A stretch of DNA of 60,000 nucleotides from Lytechinus pictus (Eukaryota). The notes below the pieces were generated by a model, which saw only the letters and a list, made by a program, of their open reading frames with translations, did no database searches and had not been told where the DNA came from. The DNA lies in NCBI RefSeq assembly GCF_037042905.1, contig NC_087251.1, forward strand, positions 34,908,001-34,968,000. Reading direction: 5' to 3'. Below, in pieces: positions 12,080 through 24,915 of the stretch. A program made the position numbers and the translations under genes. How positions within the stretch are numbered: position 1 is the stretch's first letter; each line of letters opens with the position of its first letter.

Positions 12080-13261
12080 GTCAAGCTAGTTGTTCCCAAC
12101 AGTACAGCAGGTCTAATTATAGGTAAGGGTGGAGCGATGATCAAATCCATAATGGAACAAAGTGGTTCCAGAGTGCAGATCTCCCAGAAGTCAGATGGTA
12201 TCACCCTGTCAGAGAGAGTCATCACAATATCTGGGGAATGTGATAACAACAGGAAGGCTATGTCTTTCATAATCAACAAGATCCAAGAGGATCCACAGAG
12301 CGGTAGCTGCAATAACCTCAGTTATGCCACTATAACAGGTCCAGTAGCCAATGCTAATCCCACTGGCTCTCCTTTTGCAGAGGGTGTCTCTTCTGCAGTG
12401 GCTTCCAACCTGGCCGCTGCAGCAGCAGCAGCAGCAGCAATGGGAAAAACACCACAGATTCCAATGGCTGGCCAGACCTTATCAGCACCTTCCCTTCCTC
12501 ATCCCATCGGTGGCGGGCTGACCATTCCTTCTATGATGATCAGCTCCAGGATTCCCACCAGTCTACCAGCTCCCATCAACACCAGCCAAGCAGATACCTC
12601 CTCATTAAGCAGTGCCATGAGCAACTTTGCGGCATACAACTATCCAGGTCTATCCTCTATGGGCAATCTTCAAGGTTCTTTGGGTGCCACAAGCCCATTA
12701 TTAGGTGCAACAGCTCCAATTCAGGCATCCCCTCAGATGTTCTCATCGGGATTGCTAGGATCTTACCAGGTAGCCACCACCATCAGTCCTTCCAGCAAAA
12801 CAACTCTGTCCAGTCCATCTCCCACCAGTACCGCCGACTCACCCTACTCCAATGGTAGTACAATGGGTATTACCATCCCCAGTGCCCCTGAGACCATCGT
12901 GCCTGGACTTCCAATGATGCCACTTGGTGCCACAATGGCTGGTGCCACAATGGCCGGCTTCCCTTCAATGGGTGGCATCACGATGGCAGCCGACCCACAG
13001 AAGGAATCTATCCTGGAGAGCGAGGTGCCGGAGACCCTAGTTGGTGCTATTTTGGGGAAAGGAGGTAAAACGCTAGTGGAATTCCAGAATCTCACCGGGG
13101 CCAAAATACAAATCTCCAAAAAGAATGAATATGTTCCAGGCACACGCAACAGACGGGTAACGATAACTGGTCCAGTTACAGCAACTCAGAGCGCACACTT
13201 CCTGATTATGCAGCGGTTGGCCCAAGAGGAACAAAATAGAGCCTTGAAGGGTACCACCTAA
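12080..13261 (+). CDS. NOVA: Terminal coding exon of a NOVA/Pasilla-family RNA-binding protein (KH2 + linker + KH3); upstream exons lie outside the window
   Basis: After the acceptor ...ttcttgtattctgcag| the exon reads in phase 0: VKLVVPNSTAGLIIGKGGAMIKSIMEQSGSRVQISQKSDG...IQEDPQSGSC..SYATITGPVANANPTGSP. This closely resembles NOVA KH2 and its flank as I recall them. C-terminal KH3 is EVPETLVGAILGKGGKTLVEFQNLTGAKIQISKKNEYVPGTRNRRVTITG. Both KH domains have GKGG loops. Stop is TAA 13259-13261. The ORF-track ATG at 12137 is internal. Confidence 0.96.
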   Translation, partial: VKLVVPNSTAGLIIGKGGAMIKSIMEQSGSRVQISQKSDGITLSERVITISGECDNNRKAMSFIINKIQEDPQSGSCNNLSYATITGPVANANPTGSPFAEGVSSAVASNLAAAAAAAAAMGKTPQIPMAGQTLSAPSLPHPIGGGLTIPSMMISSRIPTSLPAPINTSQADTSSLSSAMSNFAAYNYPGLSSMGNLQGSLGATSPLLGATAPIQASPQMFSSGLLGSYQVATTISPSSKTTLSSPSPTSTADSPYSNGSTMGITIPSAPETIVPGLPMMPLGATMAGATMAGFPSMGGITMAADPQKESILESEVPETLVGAILGKGGKTLVEFQNLTGAKIQISKKNEYVPGTRNRRVTITGPVTATQSAHFLIMQRLAQEEQNRALKGTT

Positions 13262-15216
13262 GAATAAATCAAGTGAAGAGTCGTGCCTCACTCTCACTCA
13301 CTATAAATCTTTCTTATTCACCAAAGCATCTTGGATGACCAAGATTTACCATAGTAATTATATAACAAGGAAAGTGTGCCTTGTGGAAGACTTTTACAGA
13401 TAGGCAGGATGAGAGTTGATGAAATCACTAATTTTGTTGAGAATTTTTTTTTAAAAGAAATCCAATCGGGAATTTGAGATCTTTCTTTGAATCTTTCAGT
13501 TCAATCAGTGAGCTTTTGAACTCATGGGACAATTCTAGAGACTTAATCAGTTGTATATGTGAGAAAGAAGTTAAGATTGATTTTAAGAAACTTTCTCAAT
13601 TCCTTGATCTTGAGGACAGCAATCGTGTCTTTGATTAATTTGTGTTGCCTTGTTAAGTCTCTACACATTGTGATTTCACTCTTAATCATGGCATTTTTAT
13701 GCTGCTCGAGGACCCGCCCACTGGTTATATTTTTTTGGAAGTGCAGTTGATTTACGAAGGGGAGAGTGCATAGACAATAATTGTGTAAGTATTCATATGT
13801 TGTATATTGAATATCTGATTGATGCTTCCTCCGTTCCTGAGAGAGAAAACTGATTATTTTTTTTGTGTTCTTTGTACTTTGATTCTTCTCTGATCAGAAA
13901 TTCTTCCCAGAGAATCTTTCTTTGTTTGTGGTTGGTGAAAGAATGAGAAACCATCGATCACAACTGGGACTAAGCAATATGGTGCTGGATTTGATTATTG
14001 TAGTTGTTAGACTTGGGGATGGGTTTTGTTTTTTTAAACTCATGTCAATTATCAACGATGATTCGATCTCTTTCCTTATTTGTCTACCAATTGATTTATT
14101 TATTGATTATGTTGTCATCCTTTTTTTTTAGTTCAAACATGTGTATTTGCAACTCTTTCATGTAGACTTTTATAGTGAACAAAAGCAAAAGCCTTTTGTT
14201 AGTACTGCCCATAAGAATTCATTTTCCTGGAGAAATTCCTATACCTTGAGAGCGTGACTATAGAGTTGACGTCTGGGAAACTCTTAGAAATGGAAAAAAA
14301 AGTATTAACGACGAACATTGAAAAGCGATCTCGCCATCTCAAAGCAACATCTCTCACTCGTGCTCCCAAATCCTCAACTCCAAACTTCAATATCAGACCT
14401 GTATTAACAACATGCATGCTGCATTTCTTGTGGGAACAAAATGATACCTGACTCATTTACGTACATATTATCTGTGTATGTATGACTTTGCAACATTACA
14501 TACAGAGAGAACTTCTCTTCACGCCTTTTGTTTTTTTTCTCCAGACATTTAATACTACCTTTGACATTTCAGAACATCTTGTTTTTGTTGAAGCACCTTT
14601 ATTTTTCAAGACTGTAAACATTTCCTCCGATACTAAAGCTTCAATATGTTTCGTGTACACAGTCTCAATCATGACTCATCTTGTGATGCTTCAATCTTCA
14701 AATCACTTGGCCCTCTAACTTTTAAAGGATTTAGATCTTTATTTTCTGCCACCTGTATTTTGTGTGTTAAAAATACTGATTCAGCTTGTTTTATCCCACC
14801 TATGTTTATTTTCTCCATTTATACCAAATCAATCTCATTTTGGGTCTAAATATGTCTTATTTTTTCTGCTTTCATCTTATATTGTCATGTGTTAATTTAT
14901 GCATTGATCTTGGTAATTTTATGCATTCACAAATCATGTATAATGTAGACCAAATTCAAGGCAACTCTTCAATTTCTATTTGGTAAGTTTTTATCAAAGC
15001 TTTTCCATAAGTTTCCGATGTCCAAAATAGGAAAACAGCTCTCAATAAAAGTAGATGTTTTATGCGGTCGGAGGTGATTTGGAAAGTTACTTTTAAACTT
15101 TTCATTTTTTGGTGTGTTTCCAACAATGCAATATCCAAATTGTTTTTGCCATTTGAAAAAGGGAAATGCTATAAATGTGCGCAGTTGAAGAAAATGACTT
15201 ATCATCCAAAGTTCTG

Positions 15217-15340
15217 GGGAGTGTTTCAGTAAATAAATAGTCAGTGATTATTCCCTGACTAATTTGCTGAGCCAATCAGATTCAAGGATCTTGTTAGCTG
15301 TAGGTGAAAATCACTAGATATTCGTTTCATGAAATGCTCC
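15217..15340. mobile_element. Degenerate short MITE (CWG-flanked, Harbinger-like) inside the putative 3'UTR
   Basis: ctg|gggagtgtttca ... tttcatgaaatgctcc|ctg; inner inverted tcagtgatt/aatcact; a related right-end fragment (ttgtcagtgaaa...tgaaatgctcccc) is at ~11228-11273. Confidence 0.55.
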
Positions 15341-18300
15341 CTGTACTGTGTACTGTTCACCAACGGTCTCTGAAGATTGAAAGACCTTGTCCAAATTCAA
15401 CTCCCTTCCTGTTTGGTTTGTACATCGGCTTCAGTTTGGGTTACAGTGTACATCTGAATGGCTAGGTCTCTATGTACATGGTTTGTGAATGCGGGTTTAT
15501 GTAATAACAACATCTCAATGAGTATATGCTGCATTTGATTAGAGATCACGAATCAAAACCTTTGTGGACGTAGTACTACTAAGACTTAGAAAACTATCAC
15601 TTTGTATGGGACCAGAGGGTAATGGTATGATGTGCATTCTAACCGGATGATAATAGATTCAATCTTTTCATGGGATTCAACTTGTCAGTCACCCTTTGCT
15701 ATTTAACCAAGTTTCATAGCTTAAAATGCTTTTCATTTTTTTTTCTTCAGTGTTTTCACTCTTTCAAAAATACTTTCATAATCTGTACCAAACATATTTC
15801 AGTCTTTTTTTCAGGGGGCATATGACCAATAGAGTATAATATATATCTATATATATATCTATTAATGCATTTTGTTGCTTTTGTCGTCCATGTATAGTGA
15901 GATAATTTTCTATGAATAAATCTAGACACGAAAAATTCAAACATTACATGCATGTTGTTGACTTTGTATATTCATTTTATTTACTCATGGTATCACTTGC
16001 TTTATGTGCACACAACTGAATTTAACCTACACCTCTATGCTTCTGTTAAAAGTCTGATGAGTTCAAAGAGATTTATTTTTTTCCATGTAGTACTTCCCCA
16101 TTCCAGTAGCCTTCCAGGGACTAAGACAGAATCGTTCACACTCATGGTCATCTGCACTAAGTTACCATACCATCAAGATTTCTGCACATATGTTGCATAA
16201 AAGCATAGTCTAGACATTAATTTCTTTTTAGTACTTTCCCTCTCCACTATGATGTTGATCATGTAGAGTAGATAATTTTGCTTCCCTTGAATATTGTAAG
16301 GTTTCTTATGTACAATTGTCCTTTTGGAAACACATATGGTTGTTCAATTTCCCCAAATTTGTTCATAAAATTCATTGAACAAACTTGCCTGAACCCCTTT
16401 CATTAAAGTCAAGCTACTGAATGTTGCCTTCGCTGACACCTAAAATATTTGAAGAAAGACCAAACATACAATATTTTCTTTAAACATTTATTAAATGACT
16501 CAATTTGCAGCATATCAGTAACCATTCAGTGCATTCAATATATGACTCTAATGGACAAATTGTGTTTGATCCATTAACAGTGTGCTTTTTATTCATATTG
16601 AGGAAGGGGGCGGGGGTTGAACATTGTACCATGAACTAATTTTGGAGCTGAAATTGAACATCCGTACCATCGGAGACCGAGGTCAATTGGCCATGAAAAT
16701 CCATTTATTGACATTGTTGCTTGGTGATTTGCTCCCTTAATGGTATTTTTATCATAAAAGTCTGGTTAATATGTTGCTTCAGATTGTGTAGAGAAAGAAA
16801 GAAAAGAGATGAAGTTGCACACATGATAAACAGGCAACAGACTTTGATCATACCAGGGATAACAGATAATGATGTTGACCGAAGGGTAGAGCGTATTTAA
16901 GAACACAGTGCAGGGGTTGTTGAAGATTAACGGAGGTCTTGTTAATCATTGACTTCTATCGACAACAACAATCAATCACTAACCGACCGTATTTGACTGT
17001 GTGGTATCCATTCTATGATTGTACATTACATGTCTATTATTCCATGCTTTCCGCCCCAACCCCCGTAGATCCTAGAGCATAAAATTAAAATTATCCGTGT
17101 ACTTGTTGTGTAATATGTTATCATGCCAATGTATACATGATTCATTTTTTTTTCTTTCAAAGCCCTGTCACCATGCACACATACTAACCCATAAATTGGT
17201 GTAGTTTCCCATTTTATCAGGTGTTTGTATCGTCATATTTTTTTCAGTGCATTTTGTTTTGAAGCAACCGGTCATGTCCAAGCATACATTCATATACCAA
17301 AGTTGTCGGGATTGCTGACACATCTTCCAGAGCTTGACAAAAAAAATGGCTCTATTTGAATGTTTTCTATTTTGTGTAAAATAAATGAATAAGAGAAACA
17401 TATCTTCCAAAAAGCATCTTGACAAAAAAGCATTATCTTTTTATTATTATAAAGATATATTTATAATTATTTTCCTTTATTGATCAATTTTAAGGGAGGA
17501 TTATAGAGAGGCCATGGATTTAGGTGAGGCTCATCTATTTCATGTACTTTCACTCAGAAAAGTGTATTATTTGTTAGCTCTTCTATCTTTGAACTTTGAT
17601 TAATTCTTTGTATATTTCAGATGATTATTACATCTTGACTATCCCACCAATATTTTTCTCGTTATGAAAATTACAACTCATCTTGTTACTTTGTCTTAAG
17701 TGAGAATAGAATTTATATTTTTATGATGAAATTGATTACTATATCATATGTTAGTGAACTATTTGTTCAGGATGATTTTGACGAAGGAAGTCCATCTTGG
17801 GAATCCAGTACATTGTATGTTAGTCATTTTAATTGCATGGGAAGTGTAATTCAATTCCACTGCCAGATACAAATGCAAGAGTTTATGATTACTTTCTTAC
17901 TCATTAATGAGTTCATAGCAAGGTAAAGGCTCAAGACAAATCACTGATAATTCACTATTTTTATTTTAGTTATGATTTTTGTGACATTTTCTCCCAGCAT
18001 CTTACTTACACAGAGAAGTAATATCTAAAAAATTGTTTGGTATTTCACTTTAAGACAAAATAAAATTTTCTGTTTGGAATTTTGTAAATCCTCAGAAAGA
18101 GTTTATATTTCATCTAAAAATATATACACACACACGTATACAACATATATTTGAAATAGTAAGTGCCTAAGAAAGTTTTTTTTTAAGGGGGAGTAATGTT
18201 CAAATCCCCTCTTTTACCTTTTTTTCACATTGTGAAAAGTAGGTCATGTTCAACGCAAGAAAACAAAATGCATGGACAACTAAATTCACTCATTTGTTAA

Positions 18301-21300
18301 GAAATGATCACATGCTTTTGCATCTCATATCATAACTATGTTTTGTGAATCTGTCGTCAATGGTGTCATTTGGCATGATTGGTGCAAGTTGGTAGCTCAT
18401 TTTATATCGGTTAAACTCCACCGAACAAAAGTTGATACAGAAGACTGTTTAAATGAATTCTGTATCACTGTATTTACGTATACATGTATAGATCTATATA
18501 CATATAAATATATATATATTTCTGATGAATTTTTTTCTGTGTAGGTCTAAGATGGATTTTGTAATAGATATTGTATGAACGGTAAATTGTGAGATTTTAT
18601 CATTTGTATCTATATGGTAGCAAGACAACTTTCGTCCAGGGCCGATTGGGTCTTTTTCCCGGTAAAAAAAAAAAGAGTGGGAGAGTTGGTTGAATAAGGG
18701 TGCTATGATATAGTAATATTATAAAAAAAAGAAAAATAATGGGATATTTTTTCTAGTATGATGATTCTATGTATGTATGCGTGTGATAGTTTTCTTATTT
18801 AGTGGGTTTATGAATATGTTTCTTTAAGGTAAGATAGTAGTATCATTGTAATGATGTAAGCTCTGTGGTTAAATGTTTTAAGTCTCATGGCCGATTTATA
18901 AAGAAAAAAAAGGTCTTGAAGGTTTTATGTAGGTCTTTCCTAAGTTATTTTTTGTTTCTTTCAGTTATGTAGTAGTAGTAGAAGAGCACTGTTTATGCTC
19001 TGTTACAAAAAAAGTCTGCTATTTTATATTTTGAGGAATGAGGATATTTCTACTTTCAAGACCATATATTAATACCGAATGTGTTTTTTTTTTCATGTAG
19101 GTTAGCACAGTATCTAGCATTTCAACTGCTAGGCAATCACTCATCGTTTAATTTTTCTCCTGTATTTTGTTTTTCTCTGATTTTTTTTATAAGCACTTGT
19201 ACATGAGCCATTTACCCATCATCTACATATGTTCTTTAAACCACATTGCATTTATAAAACATTGTTGCTCTCTTTTTTCCTCAAATCCATCATCATTGTG
19301 TCTATGTGTTTCATTTTGACCTTTTCTTGCTGAGATGTGTACATTCTAGGCATTGCATGATATTTACACACGGTTGACTTGTCTTATATTTTTCTCTCTC
19401 TCTCATTTCTCTCTCCCTCTCTGTCTTTCTCTGACCTCTCATTACCTTTTAAACTCACATGTTACATCAATTAAACACAACTCAATGCTATGACTAAACT
19501 ACAAACCAAAATCAAAGAAAAAAAAAGGAAAATAATTTGCAACTCATACTGTTAATATTTTATTTCACTCATGTTTCCTTTTTTTAAACATTGGCTTCAA
19601 ACCATTTTTCAGTCTAATACGGTGATGGTGTGTTTTTGCATAGCGGATAGTCAACTCTCGATAACATGGTCTTTTCAACATTCAAGGGAAGAAGCATCTT
19701 CTTTCCTTGTTTAATTTGGTCTTTGATAATACCATAAACTTTTTTTCCTTCAGTTACCAGACGCTAACTTCATTGATTATTAAACCACCCCCTTTTTTGT
19801 TGCTACTTGATGTGCACTTGTTCATGCCCCATCCCCCACTTGTGTTCTCTCATTTCATTCTTGTTTAAAGTTAGTGCTTGTGCTTGCCCCCTCCCCCCTC
19901 AGCCTATGATCTCTATCATCAAGCCCCAAATAAAGTCACTATTATGGAGCGAGGTTAAAGTGGCCTTATATTTACTTGCTCTTTACACGAGGACATATTC
20001 AGGAGGGGAGAACCAACACTCAGGGTATTCATTTCTTGTGAAAACACCCTCTGGGTGCTCTACACAAGACCAAGTCCACAGAAGGGATCCAGGTTAACCC
20101 TGTTTACACAAAATTCATCCGAGGTGGCACCCCCATCTGGGCACTCGTTGACTGGGGCCATCAACACCATTGATTTCTGGTGTCAAATTCTGTCTCAAGT
20201 TCCTGATTCCTTTTTAAGTCATTAATTCCTTTTTCTGGACTCCCTGATCAAACAACTCCCGTTGAATTCCTCACACTTCCTCCTATTCCCCATTGAGCCC
20301 AAGGGTGCGCTTACATCGCTGTCCCTCCACCCATCCCTCTATCTCGGGCAACAAATGAAATGTAATCTGAAGAAAATAGAACCTAATGAGCCCCAGCATC
20401 TGGGTTGATAATTAAGGAGAATCATTTGGTACTCTGGCCGTGTGACATTGCTTGTTCAACCTCCATACCACATACCACACTTTAAGGAATGGTAATGCCC
20501 ACGTGCCTCTAATCATGGTCCATTCATCCTTCTGGTCGCCCCCATCTGTTGCCAGAAGGACTTACTTCCACGCTTAGATCCAGAGGAGTCTCAACTCCTT
20601 GTATCTCTTAAATCTTCCTCCCGAGTCCAATATTTTTCCTGTTTTGATTTCAATATTGAGCACAAGTGGGTTGTGGGATTTCCCTGGATATCATGCTCCA
20701 TTTATTCATTTTTTTGGTTTGGAAATAAAAAAGAATATGTATATTAAAAAAAGAAGAAGTCCTCTATTGCAGTATCTGGTTTCCAATCCTGCCAATCTTA
20801 GTAGAATTGCAAAGATACATTTAGGTTACATTATAAACTTTGACATGCATTGTTCAGAGTCAACATGATATCATTCATAATAACATATGATAGTTCATAC
20901 AGTGAATGAAGCTAGGTTGTCATTCTGTATATGTCTCACAATGGAGTTGCCAATTTACTACACACTCTTTACAAATTTTCTTTTTTCATGCTTTCTCCAT
21001 CACATCTGATATTTTTTTTCATCTGTACCTTCTATGATGTATTTTCAAGATATATTTTAATATATTTTATGATTTTATTTGCTTGCTCCACACAACATTG
21101 TTAAGCAGCTGTTTTGCATAAATGCTAGAAGACAATATTGTGTAGAGCATTATGGTTAACACCGTGTTACATGAAATCCGGGATGATTCAAAAACCTCCA
21201 TCTTCAACTCATACACACATTGGATGTCCATACAGCACACCTTATAATTTTCTTACATGATTATCATAAGGGAATTGAAAAACCTAACCGCCTTTGGCTA

Positions 21301-23490
21301 TAGACTATGATTTTGATCCATATCGCCATTTGATGTAAATGTATCAGTCCCATAAATACATCTGCTAATAATATTTTTTTACAAATAAATATATTTTTTG
21401 TTAATATTCCATTTACAATAAGAATCAATCTAATCAGGTGTTGGTTTAAAAACGCTGAGCTCTTTCCCTCGTTACATCATCGATGCATTAGTCATGGTAC
21501 AATATGTATATATTTTTTCCTTCTCGTGTACTCTTGAAAATCAATCTGAATTAACAAATGGGATCCGCTTGTCATCGTGTTTTGTGCCTAACCCAAGCCG
21601 TATATTCACCATTAATGCATGCCGGAATGAATGGTCACAACAGTCGTCGCTCTCGCTGTAATCAACTCTGGAGAAAAACCACCACCACCGAAAAAAAGTT
21701 CATTGAAAAAAATAGTCACCTGTACCTTTATCCTATCTTCCCTGTATTAGTAATGCATTCACATCCAGACGCACACTATAATCATCTTAGTTGAGGCAAA
21801 ATTTACATCTCACCATTTTAATTTTACTTTCAAACATCAGTATGTTATGTATGTTGGAATGCGTGTATGTATGACTTTGAGAAGAGGGGAGAGTGAAAAT
21901 CAAAGATTTTTTTTCCATTTATTTTTATCAATTACAGATGAAAAAATGGTTTTGATGAAAGTAACCATTTGTATTTGGCTTCATGGGCTAATGTGGTATG
22001 GGAAATTTGGAATCCATGTGAGTGAGACGATGCGAGAAAGGTGAGAATGTGGAATATGTGAAAGAAAACATCTGGTCATGTCTATGATTTTTAATTTTTG
22101 TAACATGCATCAGTGTCTTCCGCACCAACATAATGGCAGTTTGCATGGTGTGACATTAATTGTAGTCTCACAATCCGTACTTAGACCATTCGCATCTTAT
22201 ATGTGTGGCTTATATTTCCCTTATTTTCAAGACTCTCCATGTATTAGCTCTTGTCATATGTGAAGGCTAATTAAACATATCAAAGGGTTTCGTTTTAATT
22301 GCACTCTTTCTGGAAGTTCAAAGCTCAGTCAGTACAAACACTAATGTATTCAAATGTGTAATTTGCTGGTCAACCCATCATTAAGAGAATTTCATTTTTG
22401 TTTTGTTTACTCATGTCCTATTAGATGTGAACATTTTTTGACAGTAAATTCATTGAAAAAAGGATAGTTATGTAAATTCTTGCCATTTGCTTGAAAGTAA
22501 ACCAAAAATATAAACCAATTAATGCCATTGCACATTTGTTAATTCCAGAAAAAAATGGTTCCTTTTTACAAATTTGAATCAACCATTTGAATGCATTAGT
22601 TACTTGAAACTGTTGCTTATACTAGTACCAAAAATATGTTCAAGAAAGTTATAGGAGAACACTCATTAGAACATTATTAATGGTGGGAATCACAGACACT
22701 TTCACTATGTTCTACATGTATGTTACCTATTTGTGCTCTAGCCCATGACTGGGACTATGCAATTTGCCTTACTAAGATACATTCCTAATCCTAATTCATT
22801 CTGCCAATCAAACAACAACAACCGCTATCAATCAACCCTGTCTTCTCTCAAACCATCCCTGTTTTTCAATTATTATTTAATCGGTTTTAACGGCAGATGG
22901 ACGTGGCGGTGCCCTCAGATCATGAACACGGTAGATGCACCCGTAATGCCCTTCTGCCTCTAAAACAGATTCGTGACTTTATACTTTTCTCCCCTCTCAG
23001 CACCGATAAGTTGGAGATTAATGCATGGTTCTTGGGACTTATATCAGACATCAAGCCAATAATTGACCCACATACACTTCAATCAAATTCCATGTACAGC
23101 TCAAATTCCGTCCATTACGACTGCATGATCTATTCATTTAAAGCCCCTCAAAAGCTGTGGTTATATTACATTAGTTTTCCTATCCCTTTGCTTCCTCATC
23201 TCACTTAAACAAAATGTCTTCCATGGTAAGTGTTCTTCGGGAAACTCCCAGACTGCCATAACCTTTTTTTTGTTTTATTCATGATATAGACCCCAGAATG
23301 AACATCATAGTGTATGGGCACACTAACCATCTATGCACTTATATCCATACCCGGAGATAGAAAGAAAAAAGATGTAATATAAATGTTAAAGTGAGATGTA
23401 AATATATTTATAGAGAGTATATATATTATATCTATTTTTATAGGATAATTGTGTCCCTTTTTTGATGATTTGGACAAAGGTGAGATGTGC

Positions 23491-23496
23491 AATAAA
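23491..23496 (+). terminator. Candidate distal polyadenylation signal AATAAA
   Basis: gtgcAATAAAttatttattttt, with TGTA elements upstream (e.g. 23397) and a GT/T-rich element downstream (gtcagtgtgtactttgtt ~23551). Confidence 0.5.
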
Positions 23497-23904
23497 TTAT
23501 TTATTTTTTATATGAAATTGATGCCAAAAGAAAACCATATTCTAATCAGAGTCAGTGTGTACTTTGTTAAAGCTTTTTCTACCCTTTACTTTTCTATGTA
23601 TTGAAAGTTATATGTATGTGATTAATGTGATCATTTTCTTTTACTGAACAGTTTTGATTATATATAGATACAATCATGTCCCCGAAACGTCATCCTTTAG
23701 TAAAATCAGACACAGACATTATTTTTTAACTTACAAATTAATGTAGAGCAATACTACCCAATGTTATTCAAGTACTGCCATAGTCAGCTTTCAAGAGTAG
23801 AAGTTATTTAATTACACTTTTATTTAAATCGATCCTGGCTCATTATTATTAGTCAGGAGCCACCTTTGTACTTTGACAAATGTAACCACTGAATGAAAAG
23901 TTTT

Positions 23905-24581
23905 CATACTACTGCTGCTGCTGCTACTACTCCTACTACTATAACTACTACTAGTAGTACTACTACAACTCCTCTTCCTCCTACTACTGCTACTCCTACT
24001 ACACATAATCCTACTGCTACTTTGACTACTACTACTTCTACTACTACTTCTCCTCCTCTTAATCCTACTCATACTCCCACTCCTACAATTCCTCCTTTGT
24101 ACACCTTAACTACTCCAACTCCTATTCCTACTCTTATTCCTACTACTAATCCTACTCTTTGATTATCCTACTCCTCCGAAACCTACCCCTCCCGATCCTC
24201 CTACTCCTTACCTCTATACTGATATACTCCTCCTACCTCTCCTACTACTGATGCTTCTACTCCTATATACTCCTATTCCTGCCCTTACTCCTTGTCCTAC
24301 TATTAGTCTGGCTCCTACTCCTACCCCTGCAGCACAATGTGGCTGGGATTCGAACCCACGTCTCTCTGATTGAAAGACGAGTCATAACCACTAGACCACG
24401 ATGCCCCCTTACTACCATGACTACAATACTACTACAACTACTTCTAACAATAACTTCTATACCTACTACTCCTATACATACCATTCCTATACTACTTCAC
24501 ATCTTCCTAATCATATAACTACGGACTCCTTCTCCTGCTCCAACTCTACTAATTTTACTACTACTACTACTGCTACTACTA

Positions 24582-24648
<67 letters not shown>

Positions 24649-24801
24649 GCTACTACTACTACTACTGCTACTGCTGCTGCTGCTGCTCCTCCTCCTCCTA
24701 CTCCTACTACTCCTACTACTCCTCCTACTCCTACTACTCCTACTACTATTACTACTCCTATTACTACTCCTATTACTACTCCTATTACTACTCCTACTAC
24801 A

Positions 24802-24878
<77 letters not shown>

Positions 24879-24915
24879 TACTAATTCGACTACTACTACT
24901 TCGACTACTACTACT
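23905..24915. repeat. Compound/degenerate (CTA)n-(CTC)n-(CTG)n microsatellite
   Basis: Long trinucleotide runs (pure ctactacta at 24585-24650 and 24805-24870); source of the poly-L/T/S pseudo-ORFs. Confidence 0.95.
24328..24408 (-). mobile_element. Truncated tRNA-derived SINE head embedded in the microsatellite
   Basis: ggctgggattcgaacccacg (reverse B-box GGTTCGAATCC) and ccactagaccacgatgcccc (reverse A-box) match the SINEs at 37873-38143 and 59219-59493; it has an internal deletion after tgcagcacaatgtgg. Confidence 0.8.

Larger units (their letters stand above)
13262..23520 (+). other. Putative very long (~10 kb) NOVA 3'UTR
   Basis: Strongly T/GT-rich on the + strand with no meaningful ORFs and almost no transposons. 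It ends near AATAAA 23491 with T/GT-rich sequence downstream, then switches abruptly to repeat-rich DNA. The end point is inferred. Confidence 0.55.

Noticed and set aside
12119..12128. Strong donor-like ATAG|GTAAGG inside the terminal exon
   Set aside because: It is explained by the conserved IGKG codons, and the reading frame continues through conserved KH2 sequence.
13259..13267. Stop-codon readthrough
   Set aside because: The stop is TAA-G (a non-leaky context), followed by a second in-frame TAA two codons later.
12844..13297. Antisense ORFs overlapping the NOVA exon (also 11986-12312)
   Set aside because: Shadow ORFs of a GC-richer coding exon with no recognisable protein features.
20019..20025. 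Isolated miR-125 seed CTCAGGG (and a second miR-9 seed at 17296)
   Set aside because: Single 7-mers are expected by chance in a 10-kb UTR and have no supporting context.
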